A program made the translations under genes and the position numbers. DNA of 64,000 bases from Pelomyxa schiedti (lineage: Eukaryota > Protista > Evosea). The DNA lies in contig JAHLWZ010000791.1 of assembly GCA_020536535.1 (NCBI GenBank), forward strand, positions 1 to 64,000. The letters are read 5' to 3'. Below, in pieces: positions 12,822-25,434 of the stretch. Positions within the stretch are counted from its first letter, which is position 1; each line of letters starts with the position of its first letter. The notes under the pieces are model-generated. The model worked only from the letters and a program-made list of their open reading frames with translations. It made no database searches and was not told the DNA's origin.

Positions 12822-14559
12822 ATGGCGACCACAACACCAGTGATTGACCCGGCACGTCGGAGTGCGTTGGTGGAGTATGCCCGACGAGTGCGTGATCACA
12901 CGGAACAGGAAGGCAAGGTTAAAGAGAGTGCGTTGAGCCCCCGCCCTTTGGTTTTGTTTTTTTGTTTTTTTTTTTTTTCTTTTCTCGCACAGCTTGTGGT
13001 TGGGTTTGTTTTCTGTTGTTGTTTTACTGGGAGTAATTTGTGTAGTGAGGGAGACGTTGTCGGTGGCAAAGAGAGACTACGACAAAACCGAAGAAGACCT
13101 AAAGGCTCTCCAAAGTGTGGGCCAAATCATCGGCGAGGTTCTAAGGCAGCTTGGTGAAGACAAGTGTATGTCCTACACTCCTTTGTTTTTTCTGAAAAAA
13201 AACAACCCTCTCCACTCTCCTTATGAATTACTGTCGCTTACATATTATTGCTGCCTAGATATTGTCAAAGCAAGCAATGGGCCTCGCTATCTTGTGGGGT
13301 GTCGTGTGGGCCTCGACAGATCAAATATACAAAATGGGACCCGAGTTGCTCTTGATATGACTACTCTCACTATTATGAGGGCACTCCCAAGGTGCGCTTT
13401 CCCTCTATTAAATTAGGTTTATCCTCTTTCCATAGAGAAGTGGACCCACTCGTTTTCCACATGCGGGCGGAAGATCCTGGGAATGTTACATACAGCTCCG
13501 TTGGAGGATTGGCGCAACAAATCAGGGAGCTTCGTGAGGTACCATAACAACGGTATTACATCCATTGACTTGATTCAAAAGGTTATCGAGCTTCCTCTTA
13601 CGAACCCGGAACTGTTCCTTCGTGTGGGAGTGAAACCACCAAAGGGTGTGCTTCTGTATGGGCCCCCAGGCACTGGGAAGACCCTGCTTGCTAGAGCAAT
13701 TGCATCTAACATGGACTGCAATTTCCTTAAGGTATCTTCCCTCCTTTTTTTTTGACATCTAAATTTTTACCTAAACTGCTTTTTCCTGTAGGTGGTGTCC
13801 AGTGCTATAGTAGACAAGTACATCGGAGAGAGTGCCCGCATTATACGTGAAATGTTTGGCTATGCAAGAGAGCATGAACCTTGCATCATATTTATGGATG
13901 AAATTGATGCCATTGGTGGAAAACGTTATTCTGAGGGTACATCCGCTGACAGAGAAATCCAACGCACTCTTATGGAGGTGAACATTAATGCTATTTCGCG
14001 ACCATCGTTCCTTATACAAAATTTTTAGCTCCTTAATCAAATGGATGGCTTCACTGAGCTCGGGAAAGTTAAAATGATAATGGCAACAAATCGACCAGAT
14101 GTCTTAGATCCCGCACTTCTAAGGCCAGGCCGACTTGATAGAAAGGTTGAAATTCCGTTACCAAATGAACAAGCTCGTATCGAAATTCTCAAAATTCACT
14201 CCGGCCCAATCACAAAAAGAGGAGAAATTGGTATCCAAAATTTTTTTTGCTCAACACCAACCTAATGTCAAAATAGATTTTGAATCGATAGCCAAGCTTG
14301 CAGACACATTCAATGGTGCCGATTTGAGGAATGTTTGCACCGAAGCCGGTGTGTAGTTCTTGTGCTGGGTTTTTTCCCTCACGTCTAAAACCAGGTATGT
14401 TCGCCATAAGAGATGAGCGGGACTTTGTCATTGAAGAAGACTTCATGAAGGCAGTTCGAAAAGTGGCCGAAAACAAGAAACTCGAGAGTATGTTTATATT
14501 GTGTATTTTTATGGTCTCACTTTTTTCAAACAGCCCAACTTAACTATGAAAAACTGTAA
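12822..14559 (+). CDS. RPT4: 26S proteasome AAA-ATPase subunit RPT4 (PSMC6/S10B); multi-exon
   Basis: [69 protein letters not shown]; stop TAA at 14557-14559. Confidence 0.97.
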
Positions 14560-15114
14560 AAAGAGATAGGATTTTTTGCTCACTTCTTTTCCTGTATCAT
14601 ATCCTGCCATACTTTTACTAGACTTCTTCAGGAATCTTTCCTAAGAAGCAAAAATGGTAGGAAACAACAAAAAGCTTGTGTAAAGTATTGGTGCAACCAT
14701 AGCCACCGTTGTACCGACTTCTCACCAAGCAACAAACCCTTGTGGTTTATCTTTTACTTGCGCACAAAAAGTACCCATTCCACGTTACATGCAGGCGGAC
14801 CAGTGAGTAATTCAATACAGTCTTTTCTTTTTGCAAACAAAAACTTCTTTACCGCACTTCTTCCCAGCAAAGAGGACATGCATACCACACACAAATAACA
14901 AATTCCCCAAAATAAAAATGTGGGAGGGCCCGTACGGGCAGACGAGCTCCACACCGGTATGGGGCTTGGCATTCCGGCTAAATCGTGGTTCCTCCTGGCC
15001 ACCTAAGTAACCACCTCCCACGGAAAAAACCGGGAAGAGTGGGGAGAATAAAAGCCAAGCAGCCGACGGACAAATACTTATGGGTTTAGATTTGGTTTTT
15101 TATTCCAAGATAAA

Positions 15115-16780
15115 ATGGCGCCTGTTGCGATGTGTTTGTATGTAGTGTGTGCGGTGCTGTTGGTTTTGTTGGGTGGTTTGATGTCTGGTTTGACTCTGGG
15201 GCTTCTATCCCTTGACACTACGACATTGCAGGTACGCGGGCTTTTCTGGTACTATCAGTTCTTTAGTGCCGGGGTAGGTACTGGAGAATTGTGGAACAGA
15301 GAAAGAGCGGAGTTGTGCGAGGAAAATAAGACCGTTGGTATCGCGCCATCATCTACTATTAACTACATTGTTGCTTGTTAATGCGGCAGCTATGGAAGGT
15401 TTGTGTCTTCACAGAGGTGGTGTATTGTTAGTTACGGAACCTATAGCCCTCCCAGTTTTACTTGATGAGCTTGTTAGTACATACGCAGCTATTATAATAT
15501 CTGTCACAGTGGTGCTTGCTTTCGGAGAAATCATTCCACAAGGTAAGCAACGAAAGTACGAATTAGCTTATTAAGCTCAGCTGTTTGTAAGAGATACGGC
15601 CTGATAATTGGTATGCTAGAGTTACATCCTTTACAATTCATTTGCGAGAAGGGGCTCGTTGTACCTGGTTCGTGTGGCTGCTTGTTGTTATAGTTCTACC
15701 AATAGGCTGGCCAGTAAGTAAACTGCTGGACTTTATACTAGGTCCGAGCCACCAAGGCACTTTTTACCCGCGGAGGCAATTGGCCGAGCTTGTGAAAATT
15801 CATGGTGAACATGGTCTCACTCAGGATGAAGTTGATGTTATATCAGGGGCACTCGGTCTGTATTTGTGCTTTACAAATATCCAACTAACTTGTCAAGGAA
15901 GAGCTGCAAGGAAAGACTGTGGCGAAAGTTATGACACCACTTGAGCATGTATTTATGCTCTCTGATGACGAACAACTTGACATGGCAACTCGCACACGGC
16001 TTGTCGAATCAGGGCACAGCAGAGTGCCAGTGTGTCACAGCGGAGATCGCAATAACGTGGTAGGTGTCGTTCTTGTCAAACAGTTGATTATTTTGGAGCC
16101 ATCCCTCAAAACGCCTGTGGCTTCCTTGAACCTGCAAAAGCCAGTTTCCGTTTCCAGTAAAACTGCTCTGTTCGATGCACTTGTATGTACATTGATCACT
16201 TGAAAGTCAACCAAGGGCCTTAAACAGAACCTTTTCTTGAGTAGTAGATCACACCTGGTATTGGTGCACAACGAAGAAGATAGCAAGTATGCAGGGGCAC
16301 TAATTAGTACAACCCAACAAATTCTAAGAAGAATCATTGGAATTGTTACCCTGGAAGATGTAATAGAAGAGCTCATACAAGAGGAGATAGTAGATGAAAC
16401 AGACCAATATATAGACGTTGCTCATCAAGTATTTTTTTCAAAAAAAAAAAAAAAAACACCACCTGTAACTTAAACCTCAAAAGGTGCGGGTTCAAAGGTC
16501 GTCAACAATTCACGCGGCTTCCACACTGAAAGAAATAGCTATCTCGCAACAGCACCAACAACAGCAACAACCAAGGAGCCCACATCGACCCACGTGGGCG
16601 ATGCAAGTAGCACACGCGCAACCCATAAGTCACCTACGTAACTGCGAGCAAATACCCGCCGACACGGCTGCCTCACAGTCCCCAACACCTACAGCGAGCA
16701 CGGTGCAGCCACGAGATCTCTTAGTCTCTTGCACAGCACCCCCTCAGCCTCCCTCGTGCACCACCGAACAGCGAGTGTGA
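15115..16780 (+). CDS. CNNM/DUF21-CBS domain protein (Mam3-like metal transporter); multi-exon
   Basis: [67 protein letters not shown]. Confidence 0.93.
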
Positions 16781-16912
16781 TCTTGCGAGTTTCCAAACAA
16801 CTTTTGTTTCTGGGAAAGGTGAATGAGAAAATCCAAGTACGGCATCGCGGTGCGTGCAACACAAAAAAATTCTTTATTTTGCATGCTTATTCATGTATTG
16901 GTGTGGATTATT

Positions 16913-18873
16913 TCACAACCACAGCTGTTGAGCCAGTTTGGAGGTGAGGTAAGGGACAATATGATCGAGACCAATCGATGCTTGAAAAATGAATGGGTCA
17001 ACCTTAACAAACCGCACACATACTGAGGGCTTCAATCTCCATCTTGCACTTCTTCTCCAGCATCACTTCAACTGTAAAGAGGTTCAGACACGAAAGAACC
17101 TTGAAAGCTTGGTTACCCTGGGCTTTCCATGTCAGATTCTTCTTTAAGACATGTCTGTCATTGATAAGTTCTTGTGCTTTCTTTACATCGCGAGGCCTTG
17201 ACGGACTTAGCCCTTTCCAAAAGAAAAAGGAATACAAACTTCAGGGGGATCAAGCATTCTGGATTAACCTTTTGAATATCACAGGAGTGAATACCAAGCC
17301 ATTTTATTCCAGGTGTTGCCTGTTCTTATATTAGTTTCGAAGAAGTAGAACACAACTACATGCCATTGTATCTGAAAATAGTCCCATTGCACGTGATCCT
17401 GGATTTGTCAGTACAAAAAAAAAAAAAAAAAAGGATGAGCAATGCCTGCAGAATAGATACACAAGATCTCAATTCCATCAGGATCCCAGTCCATAACACC
17501 TGCCTCAGTTTTACTTTAAAATGATAATCAATCATTAACCATAAACAGGGAGGTTGAATCTTCGCCACAATTCATGCAAAAATACGCGAGTGGCCACATC
17601 TACTAATGTTGATTGTGCTCCCGAAATATGGTTGCTTAGAATAACCTGGGTATCCTCTCCCACTTACAATAATCTGTACGAATATTAACTCATGCAGTTT
17701 GAGTGTAAATTTGCAAGAGAACGTACGCAGGGTTCATGGCACTGCCAGTAATTGGTAGAGCAAAGCCACTACATGGCAATAAGGAAATATTAGGCAGCTT
17801 ATTAGAACCTGGAAAGCAGAATGCTTTTCTATAACCAGAATATATCTTGCGGATGTTATAATCTTGATGAGGTGGGGCAGTGAAACGGAATGGAATGAGT
17901 ATTACCTTATCAACTCTACCAACATATAAGGTTATTGTTGAAGGACATTACTACTACTAATTTGCTCGATACCCACTTTGTAATCAGTGTTGGTATTGGA
18001 ATGCCACTGGAAGTTGTTGCGCAGCTTACCAGCCCACCATCATAACTAAAATCTATGTTTCCAGCCACTACTCCTTTTGGATTGGCCTGTGCATAAAGCT
18101 TAGGAGGCCAAAAACTACCCTTAGGTGGCAAAAAATCACGCACAACTATGTTTAAACTGTGTCTTGGAGTTTGGAGGAGTGCAGCTATCTTGTATGGAGT
18201 TAGCAAATTACTGTAAGATAATACACATTTTCTATTGCGTTGTCAGTCTTTCCCTGTGACCTGAACGAGAGAGTGAGGTACTTTTACCCTCCCATTTTGG
18301 AGTTACCTGAACAGAGTAACGTCTGTATAATATATTTCCCTATTGGAGATTAAAAATATGGATACAAATCGTGGCAACCTTTTGGTGAAGATCAATTTGG
18401 CTTTAACAATTCTATAAATCATAGACAACAGTCGAGTCATAATAGCTGCGGCATATGAGTATTGGGAAAATGGAATTTGTTACTACCGAAACTACGGGAA
18501 GTTGAAGAACTCCCCCATTTCACTTCAGAAAAATGTTCCAATCCCGTGTGACTAATACCACTCCCTGTGTCATATTCCACATTTTCGGCACTAGTGCGTT
18601 GTTGAGGTGCAATCACTTTTCCTTCTAGGTAACGCCACTCACCTTCTACGATTAGCAAATACAAAAGCCGGCTTTTTGTGAGCTCCATTAGCGCACTGAA
18701 CGAGATCCACCAGTAACTGTTGTAAAATTCCTTCAATTTTCTGTGGGTGTTTGGTCAGGAGCATAAGCGCACAGTCCACATTCTCAACCAGATCGTACCT
18801 GACACAAATCCTCCGGCTGGCTTTCACTCACGACGCCCAAAGAAGATTTCCTTTCGATCTCACACCCCTCCAT
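16913..18873 (-). CDS. SPO11: Meiotic recombination protein SPO11 (TopoVI-A family); multi-exon
   Basis: Spliced translation: TKR|EIYYTDVTLFR|SQ..TDNAIE, AALLQTPRHSLNIV, ANPKGVVAG, ARYILVIEKHSAFQ, IIVSGRGYPD.ATR.FL, VMDWDPDGIEILCIYSAG|SRAM, IKWLGI, RD.KKA..L, W...VEVML..KCKMEIEAL. Confidence 0.93.
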
Positions 18874-19010
18874 AGTGTCAATGTCACTGTCTTTTTTTTT
18901 TAATTTCCCGTTTCTCCTGTCAACTTGCCAAACGCCAACATTTCCTACGCCTGCGCCAAAGTAAACGATAAAACATAAACAATAAAATCCGGAGCGGGAA
19001 GAAAACTTAA

Positions 19011-19082
19011 TGGCCCCGCTCAGAATCGAACTGAGATCAAGAGAGCCAAAATCTCCCATACTAACCATTATACTACGGAGCC
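19011..19082 (-). tRNA. tRNA-Gln (anticodon TTG)
   Basis: GGCTCCG TA GTAT AATGGTTAGTATG GGAGA TTTTGGC TCTCT TGATC TCAGTTCGATTCTGAG CGGGGCC A folds as a cloverleaf with A/B boxes and a downstream T-run. Confidence 0.93.
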
Positions 19083-19388
19083 TTCACAGTTTGGTGTGTG
19101 GTGAACAGAGTTCGTTCTGCTGCATTGCCTTTTTATCAGAAAGAAAAAATGATGGATATGTGGTTCGAACCAAACACAACACCTGAAATCGGCGAGTTTG
19201 TTGTCATTCCGTTGTCATTCCAGTGTTCCACCTCAACCGGCAATGTCCCTCTCAATTGTCCACACGAGCGCAAAAACCTTTTCTTAATCGCGTTTGAGAA
19301 CAAGGCAAAAAAAAGAGCAAAACAAAAAAGGGAGAATAAAAGGAAGAAGGGGCACGCGGTACTCACCTCGCATCATCTGCACGAAAGA

Positions 19389-21493
19389 ATGAGCAGCGAT
19401 ATCTCCTCCGCTCACCAAGGTCCATCATGCGGAATCACACCGAGAGCGAGTTGACAGGTCTCCCCCAAGACATCCCGGAGCCGCTCGGGGTCGCACCACA
19501 GGGCACCAACACCACCCCGAAAGGCGATCCCGCTCCCCGCTCCAGCCAGCGAAAGAGGCTCAGAAGAGGCAAGCACCCCCCTTCGGCAGCCACCAGCGCA
19601 ACAACCAAGCCTGTGTCGGGCTCGTCACTTCCAAACCCCAACACCCCCAAAGTTGCTTCATCATCATCCTCTTTAACCACAACCACCACCGCCTCTTTGG
19701 CGTCTCCTTCTCTGTCTGAATCCCGCTCGTCCTCCACCTCATCGTCGCAGAGATAACTAGCTACCAAAACCAAGACCCCTTCCTCTTCGTCCTCATCCTC
19801 CTCATCCATAGTAGTAACCTCGAGCCAGAAGAACGTGAATCCCCCAAAATCCAAAAAGGGGAGGGTAGATGAAGAGGCGGAGCCACGCAAACCACTCGTT
19901 GTCGGTCTCACTCCAACCCTCACCATCACACCTGCTGAACGGGAACGAGCCTCAGAAACAGTAACAAATGCGCCAGGCCTCATAGCCTCCTCTTCAATAC
20001 AGTCAGAGGAGCCAATTGGAACTCAAGAAAGCCTCACCAGCAATGCCTCCGAACATAAATCCGCGGTTCTGTCCCACACCGCAACAACACCAGCAGTCAA
20101 TAATAGTGCAGAAAGAAGAATGACTTCCACAGGAGTGACGCCAGTGGGAGACGTAACCATTTCTCCTGGAAACTTCCAAGTTCCAAAGTCGGTGGAGCCG
20201 GACATCGAAGGAATTCTCTTGAGAGATCAGATGGTGAACCTCCTGGCGGGAACTCTTCCCCGGTGCGGGGGTGCCTCTGCCCTGCGAGTCTTGACGCCGT
20301 CGTTGTTATATCCTGTCTTCAATTGGGCAAGAGCAACTGAGAAGAGGCTTGTCATCGTGCTCCGCACAAGCGCACGTCAAGGAATCCCAGACAAGCGAGT
20401 CCTGAAGCTCGGACTCCTGCAGGATGCAGGTGTAATATCCTCCGAGATGGAAGACAATCCCGTTTGGCGTCACCCTGAAGACCGCTTCTGGGTGACATGT
20501 GCTGGAGAGGATCACTACGTGGTTGTGGAGAAGAAGGGTAGAGGGTTCCCTTCCATTTTCAAGCTTCGAAACTTGCAAAGCCCGGGAGATTCGAGGGTAT
20601 TGTTAGTGCACAATGATCCTCCCCCTGGAGTATTTCACTGCAGGACAAACAGCCACTGGATCCTTTATCAATGTGGAGGTGAACCAGAATTTTACATTGA
20701 GCCTGCCCTTCTGCCCGCATCACCGATTAGAAGTTGCCTGTCCTCCCTGTTGAAATTCAAACAAGAAGACCTGGGCTTGTTGGAAGGCCACATTATATCC
20801 TTGGTACTTCTGAGCAAGAGGGAGCCCCACCTGGCGCTCCTCATTTCTCAGAAGGTGAACCCGACTGAGCATCAGATACTCTTTTGGGATGTGAAGAAGT
20901 CCATGGAAAGCAAGCTATTCCACGAGATGGAGAGGTGGTTGGTGACTGGGATTGGCCTGCACGGCGAGACCATTTTAAGCGCGCTTGTGATCAGGTCTGG
21001 TTCCTCCGGTGACGAACTGGGCGACGACGCAGTCGTGGTCGCCAAGTCATCGATGGGCAGAGTATACATCATCAAGAGGAATTCAGCACCTCTCCTCATA
21101 CAAAGTGCCGGGTCAGAAGTCAGGAACTTGTTTCGAGTTGGGAACGGAACCAATTTCTGCGTCACATATGACGGAAGATATGAAATACGAGACGTCAACA
21201 CGCCAGAGGAGGTGCTGATGACCGTCGACACCACAGGGTTCGAGAGTGTCCAGTGGGAGACAAACAGCGGGCTCATGCTGGCAACTTCAGAAAAGAGGAA
21301 TGTGGACCCCACGGATTGCACCAAATCCGACACCATCCAGCACATTCACGTGACAAACGTGGAGGACAACAGATCACTGTGCAGTCTGAAGTTGATTCAA
21401 CGTTGGTACGCTGATACCACCCTCGTCAGGTGTTTCTCGTTCTGTTCCCCTCACAACAACATCCTCCTGGCAACCACACCCCAAACCCCATAA
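19389..21493 (+). CDS. Lineage-specific protein (low-complexity N-terminus, 'LPRCGGASALRVL' motif, beta-rich C-terminus), copy 1; in-frame TAA at 19754
   Basis: 552-codon open frame 19835-21493. The upstream frame is co-linear but has TAA where copy 2 has CAA. Putative 38-nt first intron. Confidence 0.6.
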
Positions 21494-21899
21494 CCAACAA
21501 AATTTGCCGTAAAAAAAAACCTGCCCATAAGTGTTCGTTGGCGGAAATAGAGCTTACAAAAAGCCGATGAAAAAAAAGTCTGGTACAGGCGAAATCAAAT
21601 TAAGAGATTTCCAAAACGGGAGGGGCGAAAGTTAGGCTCTCCTTGAACCGAAAACCACCCACAGGGGACAGATAACCAAGGATACCGTGTGAGGGATGGA
21701 ATAGGCGATGGGATTTGATGCGCTCTAGCCCTGACCTTGACTGATGCTAAGGGGGCGGACCCACTACACCCTGTCTGGCGGAGGTCAACGTCGGCCTGTG
21801 TGACCCTTGGTGAGAAAATTTGGTGAGGATCCCCAAAACAAATCAAAGGGGTGAACCTGTGTCAACATTTTTTTTGCATTCTACCACTCTACAGTGAAC

Positions 21900-23020
21900 C
21901 AAGAAATATATGGGGAGCTAGTTGACAATGATGGTGAGTAGAGGGGAAAACAGCTGAACTTCCAGCAGCTGTGTATAATGTCCCATTGCTGGAAGTACAG
22001 GTGGAATTGATGTCTTGTTTGGGTTGGTGGGGCTTGTGGTTTAATTGTATGTGGGTCTGTGGTTATACTTTTGTTCAAGGCGGGTCATATTGCTGGTATC
22101 TCGGGTGGACCACGGCTGCTTTTGTTGACAACCCCAAAGCCGAGCGGACCTCCACTCACACAAGTTCTTGCGGGAGTGTCGAGGTGTGGAAATTGTAGAG
22201 TCCAACGAGGGTTTTGGCTGCTGTCTTAGCAGAGTCTGGCGAGGGAATTACGTTCAGGATCTTGTGAGGGGCTTCGCGTTTAATTCGCGCCGGAGGTCAG
22301 AGTTATGTCCGCATCTGTTTAGGATGTGCTTCATCATTTCCGGAGAGTCACATCCATAGCGGCAAGTTGGGGCCACATCACAAAGATGCGGTTGTTGAGT
22401 GGCTTCATGTTAGTGGCTACTTGGAGTGCTTGATTATGGATCGATGGTGGGATTCCGGGGGTGTTGAGGTTTCTTGACTAAATTGAGCCAGTTGGTTTCA
22501 GTTGGTGGAGTGTCCATGGCAATGTGAAGTTTGTGGTGTAGGGGTTTGGTGGGTCGTTCTTGCATGATACTCCTGTAGATGTCAGTGGGTGTGCTCATGT
22601 GGGCTGGAATATGCTTATTGAGGAGGGCAATCTCCAAATTGGGCTGGTGTTATCTTTATTTGTGGGGTTATGACGATTGGGGTTGCGATAGGCTGAAGTT
22701 GCTGTTGCAACGTTCCACCACGTCATACAGCCAGGGTGTAGACAGCCCCCCTTGCTTTTTGAGGGTGGTGAGGTGCTCCGGGTGTGCAGTTTGAGGGGGT
22801 GATCAATCGGAAAATCTTGGTCATGTATGGTTTCCAGATGTCTGTTGGGGAGAAAACTTCGAATCGGCATTGGTATTGGAGGATGGAGTGGATGTAGATA
22901 TTGGCAGCCAACACTTTGCGTTGGAGGCCAATAACCTTCGGAATGATGGCTTGAGCTCTCTTGCAGGCTTTGTTGATTGCTGGTTCAATCTTTTCTTTAG
23001 CGGTGATGTGACCGATGTGT
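21900..23020 (-). mobile_element. Decayed, 5'-truncated non-LTR retrotransposon (L1/Tx1-like ORF2 C-terminal part), copy A
   Basis: LQRKVLAANIYIHSILQY (post-RT region), LKKQGGL motif, zf-RVT-like CRYGCDSPEMMKHILNRC, SPDSAKTAAKTLVGLY; frameshifts and stops. The 3' boundary is approximate. Confidence 0.8.
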
Positions 23021-24877
23021 GCTGCTTCATCATCCTCCATTATCACAACCACCACAGGGTCTTCAGCTTCTCCTTCCCCGTCTGCACCTCCATCCCGCTC
23101 GTCCTCGGCCTCATCGTTGCTGAGACAACTAGCTCCACCTCATCGTCGCAGAGACAACTAGCTACCAAAACCAAGACCCCTTCCTCTTCGTCCTCATCCT
23201 CCTCATCCATAGTAGTAACCTCGAGCCAGAAGAACGTGAATCCCCCAAAATCCAAAAAGGGGAGGGTAGATGAAGAGGCGGAGCCACGCAAACCACTCGT
23301 TGTCGGTCTCACTCCAACCATCAGCACCATCGCGGCTGCTGCTGTTGCTGAACGTGAAAGAGCCTCAGAAACAGGCACAAATGTGCCAAGCCTCACAGCC
23401 TCTTCTTCAATACAGTCAGAGGATCCAATTGGAACTCAAGAAAGCCTCACCAGCAATACCTCCGAATGTAAATCCGCAGCTCTGTTCGACACCACAATAA
23501 CCCCAGCAGCCAACGGTGTGGCTGAGACAAGAATGATTTCCGCATCCACAGGGGTTCCTCCTGGAAACTTCCAAGTGCCAAGGTCCGTGGAGCCGGACAT
23601 CGACGGAATATTCTTGCGAGAACAGATGGTGAGCCTTTTGGCGGGAACTCTTCCCCGGTGTGGAGGTGCATCTGCCCTGCGAGTTTTGACGCCGTCTTTG
23701 TTATATCCCGTCTTCGATTGGGCAAGGGCCACAGAGAAGAGGCTGGTCATCATGCTCCGCACAGCCACCAGTCAAGGAAGCCCAGACCAGCGAGCCCTGA
23801 AGCTCGGACTCTGGCAGGGGGCAGGTGTCATATCCTATGAAATGGAAGACAATCCCATTTTGCTTCACCCTGAAGACAACTGGTGGGTGACCTGGGCTGG
23901 AGAAGAAGGGTCAAGGGTTCCCTTCCATTTTCAAGCTTCGTAACTTGTGAAGCCCGGAAGATTGGAGGGTCTTGCTGGAGCACCGCGATCCTCCCCCTGG
24001 AGTATTTCACTGCCGGACAAACAGCCACTGGCTCCTTTATTACTGTGGGGAACCAGAATTTTACATTGAGACTGCCCTTCTGCCCCCACCACAAATTGGA
24101 GGTTCCCGGTCTTCCCCGTTGAAAGTTCAACAAGAAGACCTGGGCCTGTTGGAAGGGCACGTGATTTCCTTTGTCACCCTGAGCAAGAGGGAGCCCCACC
24201 TGGCGCTCCTCATTTCCCTGAAGATGAGCCCGACGATCTCGCCAACAGAGTATCAGATAATATTTTGGAATGTTAAGAAATCCTTGGAGAGCAAGCGATT
24301 ACACGAGATCGAGAGGTGGCCGGTAACTGGGACCCAGGCCCTGCCCCATGAGACCATTTCAATGGCATTTGTGATCAGGTCCGGTTCCTCTGATTACGAC
24401 TTGGGCGACGACGCAGTCGTGGTCGCCAAGTCATCGACGAGCAGAGTATACGTCATAAAGAGGAATTCAGCAGTGCCTCACCTCGTCCAAAGTGCTGGAT
24501 GTGAAGCCAGGAACTTGTTCCGAATCGGGAACGGAACCAAGTTCTGTGTGACGTACGACGGTAGATATGAAGTGCGAGACGTCAACACGCCAGAGGAGGT
24601 GCTGATGACCGTCGACACAACAGGGTTCGAGAGTGTCCAGTGGGAGACAAACAACGGTCTCATGCTGGCAACTTCAGAAAAGAGGAAGGTGGACCCCACG
24701 GATTGCACCAAATCCGACACCATCCAGCACATTCACGTGACGAACGTGGAGGACAACATACCACTGTTCAGGTTGAAGTTGATACAACGTTGGTACAACG
24801 TTGGTACGCTGAGACCTCCCTCGTCAGGTGTTTCTCGTTCTGTTCCCCTCGCAACCACACCCCAACAAAACCCGTGA
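23021..24877 (+). pseudogene. 5'-truncated, frameshifted copy 2 of the 19389-21493 gene
   Basis: Co-linear paralog with a 23-nt deletion at about 23900 and an 11-nt duplication at 24786-24807; its 5' end is replaced by retroelement A. Confidence 0.85.
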
Positions 24878-25005
24878 AACAAAAAATTTGTGGAGGGACT
24901 CTCAAAAAAGAAGGCGAGCCGGTCCCATAAGTCTTTGTTGGTGGAATCTCCCTTCTAAAAAAGCCGGCGAACGCCGCAACTAGACGCAAAGAAACTCACT
25001 TTCCA

Positions 25006-25290
25006 AGGCGAAATCAAATTAAGAGATTTCCAAAACGGGAGGGGCGAAAGTAGCTCTCCCAGAACCGAAAACCGTCCATGGGGAAAGAATAACCAAAGGA
25101 TACCCGTGGTGGAATAGGCGATGGGATTTGATGCGCTCTAGCCCTGACCTTGACCAATGTTAAGGGGGCGGATCTACTACACCTTGTCTGGCGGAGGCAA
25201 TGTCGGCCTGTGTTACCCTTGGTGAGGAATTTTGGTGAGGATCCCCAAAAAAAAACCATTGAGAAGGGCGTGAACCTTGAAAATTTTTTT
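25006..25290. repeat. Duplicated 3' flank, paralogous to about 21587-21870
   Basis: Shared blocks such as GGCGAAATCAAATTAAGAGATTTCCAAAACGGGAGGGGCGAAAG and GGAATAGGCGATGGGATTTGATGCGCTCTAGCCCTGACCTTGAC. Confidence 0.9.
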
Positions 25291-25376
25291 TTTTCTCTCC
25301 AGCCAAGCCTTGATTTGGACCAAAGTAAACGATAAAACCATAAACAATACAATCGGGAGGGTGAAGAGAAATTAAT

Positions 25377-25434
25377 GCTCAGAATGGAACTGAGATCAAG
25401 AGAGCCAATATCTCCCATACTAACTAAATACAGG
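25377..25434 (-). pseudogene. Degenerate tRNA-Gln copy; its flank 25319-25376 is also copied from 18956-19010
   Basis: CTCAGAATgGAACTGAGATCAAGAGAGCCAAtATCTCCCATACTAAC matches the intact tRNA. The 3' acceptor stem is deleted, the T-loop is mutated and the 5' end is degenerate. Confidence 0.9.

Noticed and set aside
14570-15030. Possible small minus-strand gene between RPT4 and the CNNM gene
   Set aside because: Could not build a consistent spliced ORF or recognise a family.
16913-17237. Death-domain-like look of W.AQG...EAL..IG..IV
   Set aside because: Fully explained as the SPO11 C-terminus.
19754-19756. Genome-wide TAA=Gln reassignment
   Set aside because: RPT4 and RPS5 end in TAA at their conserved C-termini, and the tRNA anticodon is TTG, not TTA.
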